64,000 bases of DNA from an uncultured Candidatus Saccharibacteria bacterium (lineage in GTDB: Bacteria > Patescibacteriota > Minisyncoccia > Phycocordibacterales > UBA9973), in assembly GCA_964532495.1 (NCBI GenBank), contig CAZHJZ010000004.1, forward strand, positions 4,123 to 68,122, read 5' to 3'. Position numbers and translations under genes: made by a program. How positions within the stretch are numbered: position 1 is the stretch's first letter; each line of letters begins with the position of its first letter. Of the stretch, positions 37,248 through 47,744 are shown one piece after another. The notes under the pieces are model-generated. The model was not told the DNA's origin, ran no database searches, and was given only the letters and a program-made list of their open reading frames with translations.

Positions 37248-39044
37248 CTACACTTTTGTGTGTTTCTTCTGATATTGATATATCTCATAAAATTTCGAAT
37301 CTTTCTTTTTCGATAATTCATTAAAGCCTCCCTCTTCGACAATTGTACCTTTGTCAAAAACAACGATCTTATCAACATTTTTCAATGTAGAAATACGGTG
37401 CGCGATGCTAATGATAGTTTTCTTTTTTAAATGAGTTTCAAATCCTTCTTGGATAAGGGACTCTGTTTTGCTATCTAACGAGGAAGTTGCTTCATCCAGT
37501 ACCAATATTTGAGGATCTTTATAGATGGCACGCGCAATTCCGATGCGCTGACGTTCACCTCCTGAAAGACGATATCCTTTTTCACCGATAAGGGTTTGGA
37601 TTCCATCTGGCAATTGCTGCACGAGTTCAGAAAGCTGTGAAATCTGAAGCGCTGTATTAAAGAGTACTTCGTCAAATTCGCGCATCAACGTTATATTTTC
37701 TTTCAATGAGAGGTTAAACATTTCTGAATCCTGGAGCACAAGCGCAACCTCTTGCGTTATCTCCGAATGTTTTATCTTTTGAAATGGAGTATCTCCTATC
37801 TTAAACTCGCCCTTGTCATAGTCATACAAGCCGAGGAATAATTTTGCAAAAGTAGATTTGCCGCTGCCGGATTTTCCAACAACGCCTATCTTTTCATATT
37901 TGCGAATTGTAATAGAAATATCCTCTAAGCCTGAATTGTGCATTCCTTCTTCTGCGCCACTTCTCTTTGGATACCGGAAGGTTGCATGCTGTATTGAACA
38001 AGTGTCCCATTTTTTTGGAAATGCGAGTAATCCTTGCTTTCGTTCTGAATTATCGTAAAAGATTGGCATCATGCGTGAAAAACCAGCTTTCACACTGATT
38101 AGTTTCTCAAGAAGGTTCGTTGATTCGCCAGCAGAGTCTGTCAATTTTTTAAAATAGTTGAAAATGATAAAGATAGAACCAAGACTGACTGTTCCAGCAA
38201 GGAAACCCTTACCCGAAAGAATTAACATTCCCCCAATCGCAAGTGCGTTAATGAACTGGAATGATTTCCATTTTGAATTCCCCAAATCAGTCATTCTAAA
38301 TTGGTAATCCCGAGAAAGCTCTTCTTTCGACATTATGTTTTTCTTGAAATCGCCTTTTGCTCCCAGTGTCTTGATTGTAAGGATATTGCTCAATCCTTCA
38401 TAGTAACTTCCACTCGCGCTTTCTAGCAGCGAGTTGTACTCGTAGTTCATCCGAACCATTCGAGAATAAAAGCTCATTTGGACTGAAATGAAAATTGCCA
38501 AGTATGCTAAGCAATAAAAGAAGAAAAGCGGCTTAATGAAAAGAAATGCGATAGTAGCGCCTATCATAGATGCCCCTGTTGGGAAAATGCCATTGGAGAG
38601 TACTTCTTGGAGCGTACCCAATGAATCGATCCCATTCTGTATTCGCTGCACTTTATTGCCAGTATTTTCGCTATCATGCCATTTGACCGAAAAGTCCAAA
38701 AGCCGCTCGAACCCTCGAACTTTTGTAAGATATACAGTTTCAGATTTGATATTAGTAAGACGTTTCTTTGTATCGAGACGAACAAACGCTACAAGAAAGT
38801 TAGTAACAACAAGGAAACCAACATAGCTAAAGAAGAGTGCGAGAGAATCGCCGGATTTGTACTGGGTAAAGAAATCAACGATCTTACCCACGATAAATGT
38901 CGGTACGAGAGTGTAGAATGAAACGCTAATTAAAATTGTTGTATATAGCAAATACTGTTTCTTCTTTGTATCAAGAAGAAACAGCACTGCTTTAAACATG
39001 TCTTTGAAACTGAATCCTGGATCGTTAGTAAGTCCCAGTTTCAT
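37248..39044 (-). CDS. ABC exporter, fused permease/ATPase (MsbA-like)
   Basis: 6-TM domain, Walker A GKSGSGKST, signature LSGGERQR and Walker B ILVLDEATS. Confidence 0.85.
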   Translation of the reverse strand: MKLGLTNDPGFSFKDMFKAVLFLLDTKKKQYLLYTTILISVSFYTLVPTFIVGKIVDFFTQYKSGDSLALFFSYVGFLVVTNFLVAFVRLDTKKRLTNIKSETVYLTKVRGFERLLDFSVKWHDSENTGNKVQRIQNGIDSLGTLQEVLSNGIFPTGASMIGATIAFLFIKPLFFFYCLAYLAIFISVQMSFYSRMVRMNYEYNSLLESASGSYYEGLSNILTIKTLGAKGDFKKNIMSKEELSRDYQFRMTDLGNSKWKSFQFINALAIGGMLILSGKGFLAGTVSLGSIFIIFNYFKKLTDSAGESTNLLEKLISVKAGFSRMMPIFYDNSERKQGLLAFPKKWDTCSIQHATFRYPKRSGAEEGMHNSGLEDISITIRKYEKIGVVGKSGSGKSTFAKLFLGLYDYDKGEFKIGDTPFQKIKHSEITQEVALVLQDSEMFNLSLKENITLMREFDEVLFNTALQISQLSELVQQLPDGIQTLIGEKGYRLSGGERQRIGIARAIYKDPQILVLDEATSSLDSKTESLIQEGFETHLKKKTIISIAHRISTLKNVDKIVVFDKGTIVEEGGFNELSKKKDSKFYEIYQYQKKHTKV

Positions 39045-39048
39045 ATGA

Positions 39049-41517
39049 TTACATCATGGTAACTGATGCCACGCCGTCTCCTGGTCGGAGCTTCATGATT
39101 GATACTCCCTGCGTCTGTCGTCCGAGTGATGGAACTGAGGAAAGCGCTGTTCGGATCACTTGGCCTTTTTTGGACATGACTATGAGCTCTTCTTCATCAG
39201 TAATAACTTTTGCGATGATAAGGTTTCCTGTTTTTGCAGTAACCTTTGCTGTCTTGATGCCTGAACCGCCGCGGTTTTGGACTTTGTATTCTCCGAGCTT
39301 TGTTTTCTTACCCAAACCGTTTGCACTCATGACAAGAACAGTTGCGTCTTTGATTGTTTCTTTTTTGACAACATCAACACCGACGAGAAGATCGTTCTTT
39401 GCAAGCTTCATGCCGCGTACGCCTCCTGCAGTGCGTCCCATTTCGCGAATGTCGCTTTCTTTGAATCGAATAGATTGGCCTCCAGAAGTCACAAGCATGA
39501 CATCGTCGCCTTTTTCTACAAGGAGGGCTGACTTGAGTGAATCATCTTTGTCGAGACGGATAGCGATCAAGCCACTGCGTCGTACATCTTTGAAGCTCTC
39601 GTATGACATTTTCTTTGCAGTACCATTTTCGGTTACGAGCATAAGAGAATGGTCTTTCTGCTTCGCAGCTTTTGAAACCGGAAGAATAGACATGACTTTT
39701 TCATTATCACCGAGTGACAAGAAGTTCATGACTGACTTTCCTTTCGTTGCACGCTTTCCTTCAGGAATATCGTACATTTTGATCTGATATGCTTTTCCAA
39801 GGTTGGTGAAGAACAAGAGATCGTCATGAGTATTCGCATTCAAGAGAATGTTTACGAAATCTTCTTCCTTTGTCTCAAGGTCGACGACGCCCACTCCTCC
39901 GCGCTTCTGAGATCGGTACTCAGTTGGATCTGTACGCTTGACGTAACCGCCAGCAGTAAAGACGAGTACTGATTCTTTTTCAGGAATAAGGTCTTCTTCG
40001 TTGATAGTCTTCACGCCGCCCTTGATGACTTTGGTACGGCGTTCGTCTGCATGCTTTTCTTTGATTTCTTTGAGTTCATCTGAAACGACTTTCAAGATCT
40101 TCTTCGGACTTGCGAGCAAGTCTTTAAGCTGCGCGATAAGCGTCTGCTTTTCCTTCAATTCTTCTTCGACTGCTTTTCGTTCAAGGCCAGCAAGCTTCTG
40201 CAATCGCATTTCCAAAATAGCCGTTGCCTGAATGTCCGAGAATTTGAATTCTTTGATCAAGTTGAATTTCGCAAGCGCTGCATCCTTAGAGCCGCGAATA
40301 ATTGTAATGACTCGATCGATATGATCGAGTGCTTTTTTGAGACCGAGCAAAATGTGCTCGCGTTCCTCAGCGCGGCGAAGATCAAATGCAGTTCGTCGGC
40401 GGATAACAGTATCGCGGTGCAAGACGAAAGATTCGAGGATAGATTTGAGCGAAAGTGTCTGCGGCGTTCCATCAACAAGGGCAACAATGTTGAAATGGAA
40501 TGTCGTTTCGAGCTGAGTATGCTTGTAGAGATAGTTCAAGACTTTCTGCGGCATCACGCCGTTTTTGAGATCGATAACGATACGAATGTCTTTTGTTGAT
40601 TCATCTCGAAGACCTTTCACTCCTTCTACTTTCTTTTCTTGAACAAGTTCTGCAATAGACATGATCAAGTCTGACTTGTTCACGCGATACGGAATAGAAG
40701 TAATGATGATCTGAGCCATTCCTGCTTTTGTTTCCGTGATCTCAGCTTCACCTCGGCAAACAACGCCGCCGCGTCCAGTTGAGTACGCATGCTTCATGTC
40801 TGTAGAGCCATACACGATTCCTCCTGTTGGGAAATCAGGGCCTTTGATGAACTGGAGCAAGTCTTCAGTCGTAGCATCTTTATTTTCAATCAAGTGAAGC
40901 GTAGCATCAACAACCTCGCCCAAATGGTGCGGAGGAATGTTAGTCGCCATACCGACGGCAATACCGAGCGTGCCGTTCAAGAGCAAGTTTGGAACTGCGG
41001 CTGGAAGGACGGTTGGTTCTTTTTTGGTAGCGTCATAGTTTGGACGAAAATCAACGGTATCTTTTTCAAGGTCTTTGAGAAGCTCCATTGAGATCTTGGA
41101 CATTTTTGCTTCCGTATAACGGTGGGCAGCAGCCGGGTCGCCGTCGATGGAACCGAAGTTACCTTGTCCGATGATGAGCGGATATCTGTATGAAAAGTCC
41201 TGCGCCATACCAACCATAGAGTCATACACGGCCATGTCGCCGTGAGGGTGATATTTACCGAGCACATCTCCAACCACTGTTGCTGATTTCTTTGTTTTAG
41301 CAGAAGCAACGAGCCCGAGTTCATGCATGGCATAGAGAATACGTCGGTGCACAGGCTTAAGGCCGTCTCGAACATCAGGTAGCGCGCGTGCGGTAATAAC
41401 CGACATCGCGTAGCTGATGTATGAGTCTTTCATTTCCTTCGTGATGTCGATAGGAATGACGTTCGCTCGAGGCGCTGCAGGTTCAATTGATGCGGATACA
41501 GATGATTTTTTTGCCAT
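39049..41517 (-). CDS. gyrA: DNA gyrase subunit A
   Basis: [28 protein letters not shown], active-site Tyr region HPHGD, a GyrA-box-like QKRGGVG, and beta-pinwheel repeats. Confidence 0.85.
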   Translation of the reverse strand: MAKKSSVSASIEPAAPRANVIPIDITKEMKDSYISYAMSVITARALPDVRDGLKPVHRRILYAMHELGLVASAKTKKSATVVGDVLGKYHPHGDMAVYDSMVGMAQDFSYRYPLIIGQGNFGSIDGDPAAAHRYTEAKMSKISMELLKDLEKDTVDFRPNYDATKKEPTVLPAAVPNLLLNGTLGIAVGMATNIPPHHLGEVVDATLHLIENKDATTEDLLQFIKGPDFPTGGIVYGSTDMKHAYSTGRGGVVCRGEAEITETKAGMAQIIITSIPYRVNKSDLIMSIAELVQEKKVEGVKGLRDESTKDIRIVIDLKNGVMPQKVLNYLYKHTQLETTFHFNIVALVDGTPQTLSLKSILESFVLHRDTVIRRRTAFDLRRAEEREHILLGLKKALDHIDRVITIIRGSKDAALAKFNLIKEFKFSDIQATAILEMRLQKLAGLERKAVEEELKEKQTLIAQLKDLLASPKKILKVVSDELKEIKEKHADERRTKVIKGGVKTINEEDLIPEKESVLVFTAGGYVKRTDPTEYRSQKRGGVGVVDLETKEEDFVNILLNANTHDDLLFFTNLGKAYQIKMYDIPEGKRATKGKSVMNFLSLGDNEKVMSILPVSKAAKQKDHSLMLVTENGTAKKMSYESFKDVRRSGLIAIRLDKDDSLKSALLVEKGDDVMLVTSGGQSIRFKESDIREMGRTAGGVRGMKLAKNDLLVGVDVVKKETIKDATVLVMSANGLGKKTKLGEYKVQNRGGSGIKTAKVTAKTGNLIIAKVITDEEELIVMSKKGQVIRTALSSVPSLGRQTQGVSIMKLRPGDGVASVTMM

Positions 41518-41537
41518 AAAAAATTAATGAATATGAA

Positions 41538-41801
41538 TTATTGCGTGCTTGCGGAATCAAATCCCTTTGAAGCAGTAGCGTACATTTCAACAACGCTGTC
41601 TTTGATAATAGTAAATGGACTCTCGATCGGTTTTGGAGCGACAACAATAGGAGACTCCTTCGGAGTAGCAAACGCCATGGTAGTAATCCAAATCAGAGCA
41701 ATCAAAGCGGTGATGCCGAACGATCCGATAATCAAAATAGCTTTCCGCGTTTCAAGCGATTGAGAACGAAGCGTATGAACCATTGTTGCTGCTTTATTCA
41801 T
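41538..41801 (-). CDS. small hypothetical membrane protein
   Basis: One TM helix (ILIIGSFGITALIALIWI). Confidence 0.3.
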   Translation of the reverse strand: MNKAATMVHTLRSQSLETRKAILIIGSFGITALIALIWITTMAFATPKESPIVVAPKPIESPFTIIKDSVVEMYATASKGFDSASTQ

Positions 41802-41805
41802 AGAG

Positions 41806-42432
41806 TTATATTGAAAGTACTACGACTTCCCCTTGCTTATCTGCTAAATCTTTCTTCTTTAGTACAAGCTTGTCGATGGTTTCTGTTTTCTCAGCCCCCG
41901 CTTCTTTGAGAAACGCCTTAAGGGATGCGTCAGTATAGTCGGTCGGAATAATGATACCAGGCTCAAGAGAAACCGCGAGCTTATATGCTGTCTTCGCATC
42001 CATCACTCCTTCTCCTTCGCCAACCGGTACAAACAATATGTCAGGACTTTCTGCTCCTTCTCGTTCTGATGCTTCAAGCGGCTTGCCTAGCGCTCCGAGA
42101 ACGGTAACGTTGATGCCTTCAAGCACCATGTTGTAAACAGTATTGATGTATTCTTTTTTGCCGAGCATCGTCTTTGTCATGATGCCTTTAATGAAGATAT
42201 CTTTGACTTCATAATCGCCAGGTCCAGTGATAGCAACAGGCTCCTCGGTTCCGTAGGTAACTGTTTCTATGCCGTTGTAATCTGGATGGTTTGTAGTCGA
42301 AAGTACAAGTGCTGAGCCGAAACGCGCAACTTTGCCGTCGAAATCTGATTCTTTGCTGATTGGGTTAAGGGCAACAACAGTATCCCCTTGTTGCAACTTG
42401 AAAAACTGTTTGCCGTGGTACGTGATAATCAT
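41806..42432 (-). CDS. metal-dependent hydrolase, MBL-fold (UPF0173-like)
   Basis: MIITYHGKQFF start, the short 208-aa form, and the Asp/His pattern of the beta-lactamase superfamily III. Confidence 0.45.
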   Translation of the reverse strand: MIITYHGKQFFKLQQGDTVVALNPISKESDFDGKVARFGSALVLSTTNHPDYNGIETVTYGTEEPVAITGPGDYEVKDIFIKGIMTKTMLGKKEYINTVYNMVLEGINVTVLGALGKPLEASEREGAESPDILFVPVGEGEGVMDAKTAYKLAVSLEPGIIIPTDYTDASLKAFLKEAGAEKTETIDKLVLKKKDLADKQGEVVVLSI

Positions 42433-42776
42433 GGGGCAAGTATAGCATGTTTTTAATCAAAATTAAAGGTATATCTAGCATGGTCTCGCCTGATTGCTAA
42501 ACTTTAGGTTTTCACGCGGCTCGATCCAAATTACCTTCCGGTAATTTGCATATTTGGGTAAATATGGTAATCTATGCGAGTTATCAATCGGACTTTAGAG
42601 TAACCCTTCGAGCCCACCCTTCTCACGAAGATCAAGCGAAAAGAAACTAGAGTTAAGTCCGCATTTTGGCGGATTTTTTTATTTCAACAAGCGAGGAGCG
42701 ACGTGGGAACGTCTCGTTCACATGGCGTCCGAGTGAAGTTGAAATATGCGGGATTTATCCCAAATATTACAAAAAT

Positions 42777-43871
42777 ATGACAACACAGACAGAAGAACAG
42801 GTTCATGTTTCAAGCGCAAAGGCGTTCCTCGATAAGGCACTCCCACCGCTCGAACTTGATACCCTCATCGAAGGACCAGTTATCGACATCGGCAAATCAT
42901 CAGTCTACGTAGACTTGAAGCCATTCGGTACAGGTATCATTTACGGCCGTGAATTCATGGCTGCAAAGGATATCATCAAGAAAGTAAACATCGGCGACTT
43001 GGTTAAGGCCAAGATCGTTGACCTCGAGAACGAAGACGGATATATCGAACTCTCTCTCAAGGAAGCAAAACAGGCGCTCATCTGGAGCGAAGCTGAAAAA
43101 GCTATCAAGTCGAAGACTATCGTTGAATTGCCAGTCAAAGACGCTAACAAAGGCGGTCTTATCCTCGAATGGCAAGGCATCGCGGGATTCCTCCCAGCAT
43201 CACAGCTCCGTTCTGAGCACTACCCTCGCGTTGAGGATTCTGACAAAGACAAGATCTTGAAGGAACTCCGAAAACTCATCGGCAAGAAAATCGCAGTTAC
43301 AATCATTTCAGCGCTTTCAAAGGAAGGCAAACTCATCTTCTCTGAAAAGGATTCAAATCCTGACGAAAAGAAAGAGATCATCGGCAAGTACAATGTTGGT
43401 GACGAACTTGAGACAACAGTCGCAGGCATCGTCGACTTCGGAGTATTCTTGAAGATCGAAGAAGGTTTGGAAGGACTCGTGCACATTTCTGAAATCGATT
43501 GGGGTCTCGTTGAAGATCCACGAACTATGTTCAAGATCGGCGACGCAATCAAGGCTAAGGTAATCGAAATCAAGGATGGCAAGATCTCTCTCTCAATCAA
43601 AGCTCTCCGTGAAAACCCTTGGACTGAATACGAAGGCAAGCTGAAGAAGGGCGACATCGTCAAAGGCGCTGTCATCAAATTCAACAAGCACGGCGCATTG
43701 GTAGCAATCAAAGAAGGCGTTGCTGGACTCGTCCACAACTCACTCTTCGGAGGCGAATCAAAGCTCCGCGAAAAGCTCGAACTCGGAAAGACATACAATT
43801 TCCAGGTTACGCTCTTCGAACCAAAGGAACAGCGAATGACATTGGCTTTCCTCGAAGAAAAGAAAGCATAG
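42777..43871 (+). CDS. rpsA: 30S ribosomal protein S1 (4 S1 domains)
   Basis: S1 repeats GDLVKAKIVDLEN.., GKKIAVTIISAL.., VAGIVDFGVFLKIEEGLEGLVHISEI and VKGAVIKFNKHGALV. The start is taken at ATG 42777; the in-frame upstream TTG at 42666 is unlikely. Confidence 0.75.
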   Translation: MTTQTEEQVHVSSAKAFLDKALPPLELDTLIEGPVIDIGKSSVYVDLKPFGTGIIYGREFMAAKDIIKKVNIGDLVKAKIVDLENEDGYIELSLKEAKQALIWSEAEKAIKSKTIVELPVKDANKGGLILEWQGIAGFLPASQLRSEHYPRVEDSDKDKILKELRKLIGKKIAVTIISALSKEGKLIFSEKDSNPDEKKEIIGKYNVGDELETTVAGIVDFGVFLKIEEGLEGLVHISEIDWGLVEDPRTMFKIGDAIKAKVIEIKDGKISLSIKALRENPWTEYEGKLKKGDIVKGAVIKFNKHGALVAIKEGVAGLVHNSLFGGESKLREKLELGKTYNFQVTLFEPKEQRMTLAFLEEKKA

Positions 43872-43883
43872 TCTCTCGAAAAA

Positions 43884-43904
43884 CCCGCTTCATGCGGGTT
43901 TTTT
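43884..43904 (+). terminator. rho-independent terminator after rpsA
   Basis: cccgc-ttcat-gcggg followed by tttttt. A second hairpin, CCACCGC-gcttgt-GCAGTGG at 43921-43940, serves the convergent minus-strand gene. Confidence 0.6.
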
Positions 43905-43975
43905 GTTGCATAAAAAATACCACCGCGCTTGTGCAGTGGCATATAACAGGCGTACATAGTTGTAATTAGTATAAA

Positions 43976-44308
43976 TTACAAGAGGTAATTATCTTTTGGA
44001 CCGAGCCAGACGAATTGGGCTGTAGTAACTGGCTCATTGGTGGTAAGGAGGGTAAATGTATCGTTTTTAAAAACATCGTAGTTGAATGCTTTCCATTCTG
44101 GATTTTCAGATGCAACGTTTTGCTTTTCAGTAAGTTCACCGAAAGCAAATGCGTGCGGCACCCTGCTCTGAGTTTCTCTGATTGTTTCCTGGAAATCAGG
44201 TATAACAAAAAAGGAAACATCTTTGAGGTAAACTTCATCATGTTCGGTGTAGGTGTTTCCAACATACACGCGCCACTTTCCCTTTGATTTATGTACAAGT
44301 ACTTTCAT
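43976..44308 (-). CDS. hypothetical protein
   Basis: 110-aa ORF with no recognisable motif. Confidence 0.3.
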   Translation of the reverse strand: MKVLVHKSKGKWRVYVGNTYTEHDEVYLKDVSFFVIPDFQETIRETQSRVPHAFAFGELTEKQNVASENPEWKAFNYDVFKNDTFTLLTTNEPVTTAQFVWLGPKDNYLL

Positions 44309-44366
44309 TTGAAATTTTTTCTTACCCTAGCATTATTAGATACCCGACGCAATCAGTGGCAATTTG

Positions 44367-45143
44367 CTACTTCTGCCGTCGCTTCCATTCGTACATCATG
44401 ACTGCGGCAGAAACTGACGCATTCAATGACTCCGCGCCGTTTTCCATAGGAATCTGAACAAGGAAGTCGCAGAGTTCAGCGGTCTTGAGGCGCATGCCTT
44501 CCCCTTCTGAGCCGATGACGATACAGACAGGCATATCCATATCTTGTGACCAGATAGTATGTTCGCCATGCTGATCCATGCCGATAATCCAGAATTTGTT
44601 TTCTTTGAGCGTTCTGATGGCTTCGTTCAAGTTCGTCACGCGAATAAGAGGGATCTTATCCATAAGTCCTGCTGCAGTTTTGTACGCAACTCCTCCAAGC
44701 GGAGCCTGGCGATGCTTTGGAACGATAATGCCATGAACTCCAGCCGCTACTGCGGTACGGATGATCGCGCCGATATTGTGCTGGTCTTCAAGCTCATCAA
44801 GCAGTATGACGCATGGGCGCTCGATGCCGACAATGGATTCAAGCCAGTCAGCCAGTTCCACATATGCTACTGGAGCAACGACGGCTACCAAGCCTTGGTG
44901 GATTGAACCGTCAGTCATTTCATTCAACTTGCTTTCGGCCACGAATGAGAACGTAATCTTGGCATTTGCAGCCAATGCCTTTACTTCCGATGTGAGCTTT
45001 GAATCAAGAGTATCCTTGATGAATAATTTCAACACCGACTTTGGATCGCGATTAAGCTTTTCCATAACAGGATGCTTGCCGAACATAAGAAGAGTGTTTT
45101 TTTCTTTCGCGTGATTCTGATTTTGTTTTTGCTGTGGTCTCAT
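44367..45143 (-). CDS. SpoU/TrmH-family RNA 2'-O-methyltransferase (RlmB-like)
   Basis: Substrate-binding N-domain (FGKHPVME) and the SPOUT knot motifs GSEGEGMR and ESLNASVSAAVMMYE. Confidence 0.7.
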   Translation of the reverse strand: MRPQQKQNQNHAKEKNTLLMFGKHPVMEKLNRDPKSVLKLFIKDTLDSKLTSEVKALAANAKITFSFVAESKLNEMTDGSIHQGLVAVVAPVAYVELADWLESIVGIERPCVILLDELEDQHNIGAIIRTAVAAGVHGIIVPKHRQAPLGGVAYKTAAGLMDKIPLIRVTNLNEAIRTLKENKFWIIGMDQHGEHTIWSQDMDMPVCIVIGSEGEGMRLKTAELCDFLVQIPMENGAESLNASVSAAVMMYEWKRRQK

Positions 45144-45150
45144 AAAAAAT

Positions 45151-45738
45151 TTAATTAAATAATGACATTGCTTTCGCTCTTCCTTCTGAAACCATAACTT
45201 CCAACGCTTCACCGATCTTCTTTGAAAGTTTTTTTAGCTCCGCCATTTCTGGATCGCGGAAATCTTTCATCAAGAATGCGATGCGATCATCGCCGCCCGG
45301 TCGAGGTTTCAATTTGCCGCCTGGAGTAACAGGACAGATGCCGATGCGAATGCGGGAGAATTTCTGCGACTTCACTTTTTTGATAATCGATTCGACTCCA
45401 TTGTGTCCGCCGGAACTTCTATCAAAGGAAATTTTAATGTCTCCAACGCCGATATCCAGATCATCATACAGAACAACAAGCTGATCCAATTCTTTCGGTG
45501 TTGTGATAAGCGGGGCAACACTTCCGCCGGAATTATTCATGAAATTGTTCGGCAGGACGAATTGCACTTTTTTGCCGCCAAGCTCCCCTTTTGAAACTAG
45601 CGCTTTGAGCTTCACATCGTCTTTCCAGTCTGAAAAGCCGTTCTTCTTGGCGAGTAATTCCAAAATGATCCTACCAGCATTATGGCGGTTCAGTTCATAG
45701 AGTTCTCCCGGATTACCCAGGCCAACGATAGTTATCAT
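45151..45738 (-). CDS. pth: peptidyl-tRNA hydrolase
   Basis: MITIVGLGNPG...NRHNAGR, with the catalytic His. Confidence 0.85.
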   Translation of the reverse strand: MITIVGLGNPGELYELNRHNAGRIILELLAKKNGFSDWKDDVKLKALVSKGELGGKKVQFVLPNNFMNNSGGSVAPLITTPKELDQLVVLYDDLDIGVGDIKISFDRSSGGHNGVESIIKKVKSQKFSRIRIGICPVTPGGKLKPRPGGDDRIAFLMKDFRDPEMAELKKLSKKIGEALEVMVSEGRAKAMSLFN

Positions 45739-45825
45739 GGGGACATCATACTATATATAGTCATATTGGGGAAGACCATACAATCTACCTTTGTGTCAAG
45801 AGTAAAAGCAGGTTATAATTCGCCC

Positions 45826-46410
45826 ATGGAAATCGAAACTAAACAAGTGCATGTCCAGAAGGAAGAATCCGTCTGGGACCTTATTCGCTTTGCCCTTGTA
45901 GTTTTTGTCATCGCTATGGGTATCCGGTTCTTTGTCGCCCAGCCATTCGTGGTTTCTGGGACCTCAATGGTGCCTACCTTTGCTGACAAGAACTACTTGA
46001 TCATAGATGAACTAACCTACCACTTCCGCTCCCCAGAACGAGGAGAGGTTGTCGTTTTTCATCCACCCGGCCAGCCTAAAGGTATCTACTATATAAAGCG
46101 CGTCATTGGTCTCCCTGGTGAAACCATATCTATCGATGGAGGAACTGTAACTATCATCAACAAAGATCATCCAAACGGATTTATTCTCACTGAGCCATAC
46201 ATCAGCGCTCCCACAAACAATCAGATTACCAAAACATTGGCCGCAGATGAATTCTTCGTAATGGGAGACAACCGTCCATTCAGTTCAGACTCTCGAACCT
46301 GGGGCACGTTGCCTGAAGGAAATATTGTCGGACGTGCATTCTTGCGACTCTTCCCTCTCAAATCGATCAGCGTATTGCCAGGCGCTCACAGCGATTACTC
46401 AGTGCAATAA
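45826..46410 (+). CDS. lepB: signal peptidase I
   Basis: SGTSMVPT Ser box, YIKRVIGLPGE Lys box, and GDNRPFSSDSRTWG. Confidence 0.8.
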   Translation: MEIETKQVHVQKEESVWDLIRFALVVFVIAMGIRFFVAQPFVVSGTSMVPTFADKNYLIIDELTYHFRSPERGEVVVFHPPGQPKGIYYIKRVIGLPGETISIDGGTVTIINKDHPNGFILTEPYISAPTNNQITKTLAADEFFVMGDNRPFSSDSRTWGTLPEGNIVGRAFLRLFPLKSISVLPGAHSDYSVQ

Positions 46411-46437
46411 TCACTAACAGAATTCTCACAAAATACC

Positions 46438-47730
46438 ATGGACAAAGCAAAGAAAATTTCAAAAGAATCTCCAGCAGCCCCGAAAGGAATGCGAGACATT
46501 ATGGGCGAACAGTACTATCTCTTCCAGGGCTTCTTTGAAAAGGCGCAGGAAGTAGCAATGTACTACGGCTTCTCTCCTATCGAAACACCGATGCTCGAAC
46601 ACGAATCTGTGTTTACTTCGGCAATCGGTATCGGAACAGACATCGTAGACAAGGAAATGTATACGCTCAAAACGAAGGGCGGCGATCATCTTGCCCTCCG
46701 TCCTGAACACACTGCTCCTCTTATGCGAGCATATATTGAACATGGCATGCAGAACCAGCCGCAGCCAGTTTTGTTCTACCAGTATGGTCCTTCATTCCGT
46801 CACGATAATCCTCAAGCAGGACGCTATCGTCAGTTCTACCAGTTTGATATCGACGCACTCGGAAGCGAGCGAAGCATTATTGACGCTACCGTTATCAAGA
46901 CCGCTGTTACCATTCTCCAAGAAGCAGGCGCTCAGGATCTTTCAATTGACTTGAACTCAATCGGCGATAAGGAATGCCGACCAGCATATATCCGTGAACT
47001 CGTTTCGTACTACAAAAAACACGCGAGCGATCTTTCAGCTATCGACAAGGAACGATTGAAGACGAACCCTCTCCGCATTTTGGATTCAAAAGATCCGAAA
47101 ACAAAAATCATCAATGAAGGAGCTCCGGATTCAGTTTCATTCCTCTGCCCTGCTTGTAAAAAGCACTTCAAGGAAGTTTTAGAGTTCTTGAGCGAAATGG
47201 ATATTCCCTACACGATCAACAAGAACCTTGTTCGCGGACTTTCATACTACACTCGAAGCGTATTTGAAATCATTGAACGAAAAGAAGACGGCACAGAAAT
47301 CACTATTGCAGCCGGCGGACGCTACGACTATCTCGGCAAGCACATTGGCAGCAAAAAAGACGTCCCAGCTATCGGTATTTCAATCGGCGTTGACCGAGTT
47401 GTCATGGCTCCATGGTACAAGAAGCTTTCTCCTCGCATCATGAAGAAGCCAAAGATCTACTTCATCCAACTCGGTGCAGATGCAAAGCTCAAGAGCTTAA
47501 ACATCATTGAAATTCTCCGCAAGGCGCATATTCCAATCGCGCAGACGCTCTCAAAAGACAGCCTCGGCCAGCAGCTCGCTATCGCTGAACGACTTGGTGT
47601 TCCCTACACTATTCTCTTCGGACAAAAGGAAGCACTTGAAAACTCTGTCATTGTTCGCGACATGGCAACTCGCTCACAAGAAACTGTGAAGATCGCCAAG
47701 CTCCTCGAATACATCAAAGAACTCAAATAA
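46438..47730 (+). CDS. hisS: histidyl-tRNA synthetase
   Basis: Class II motifs (FRHDNPQAGRYRQFYQFDID, GGRYD) and an anticodon-binding domain. Confidence 0.9.
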   Translation: MDKAKKISKESPAAPKGMRDIMGEQYYLFQGFFEKAQEVAMYYGFSPIETPMLEHESVFTSAIGIGTDIVDKEMYTLKTKGGDHLALRPEHTAPLMRAYIEHGMQNQPQPVLFYQYGPSFRHDNPQAGRYRQFYQFDIDALGSERSIIDATVIKTAVTILQEAGAQDLSIDLNSIGDKECRPAYIRELVSYYKKHASDLSAIDKERLKTNPLRILDSKDPKTKIINEGAPDSVSFLCPACKKHFKEVLEFLSEMDIPYTINKNLVRGLSYYTRSVFEIIERKEDGTEITIAAGGRYDYLGKHIGSKKDVPAIGISIGVDRVVMAPWYKKLSPRIMKKPKIYFIQLGADAKLKSLNIIEILRKAHIPIAQTLSKDSLGQQLAIAERLGVPYTILFGQKEALENSVIVRDMATRSQETVKIAKLLEYIKELK

Positions 47731-47744
47731 TTTTCGACACATCA

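Noticed and set aside
42666-42776. In-frame upstream extension of rpsA from TTG at 42666
   Set aside because: It would translate the structured leader (hairpins, T-run) with a non-ATG start. ATG at 42777 is preferred.
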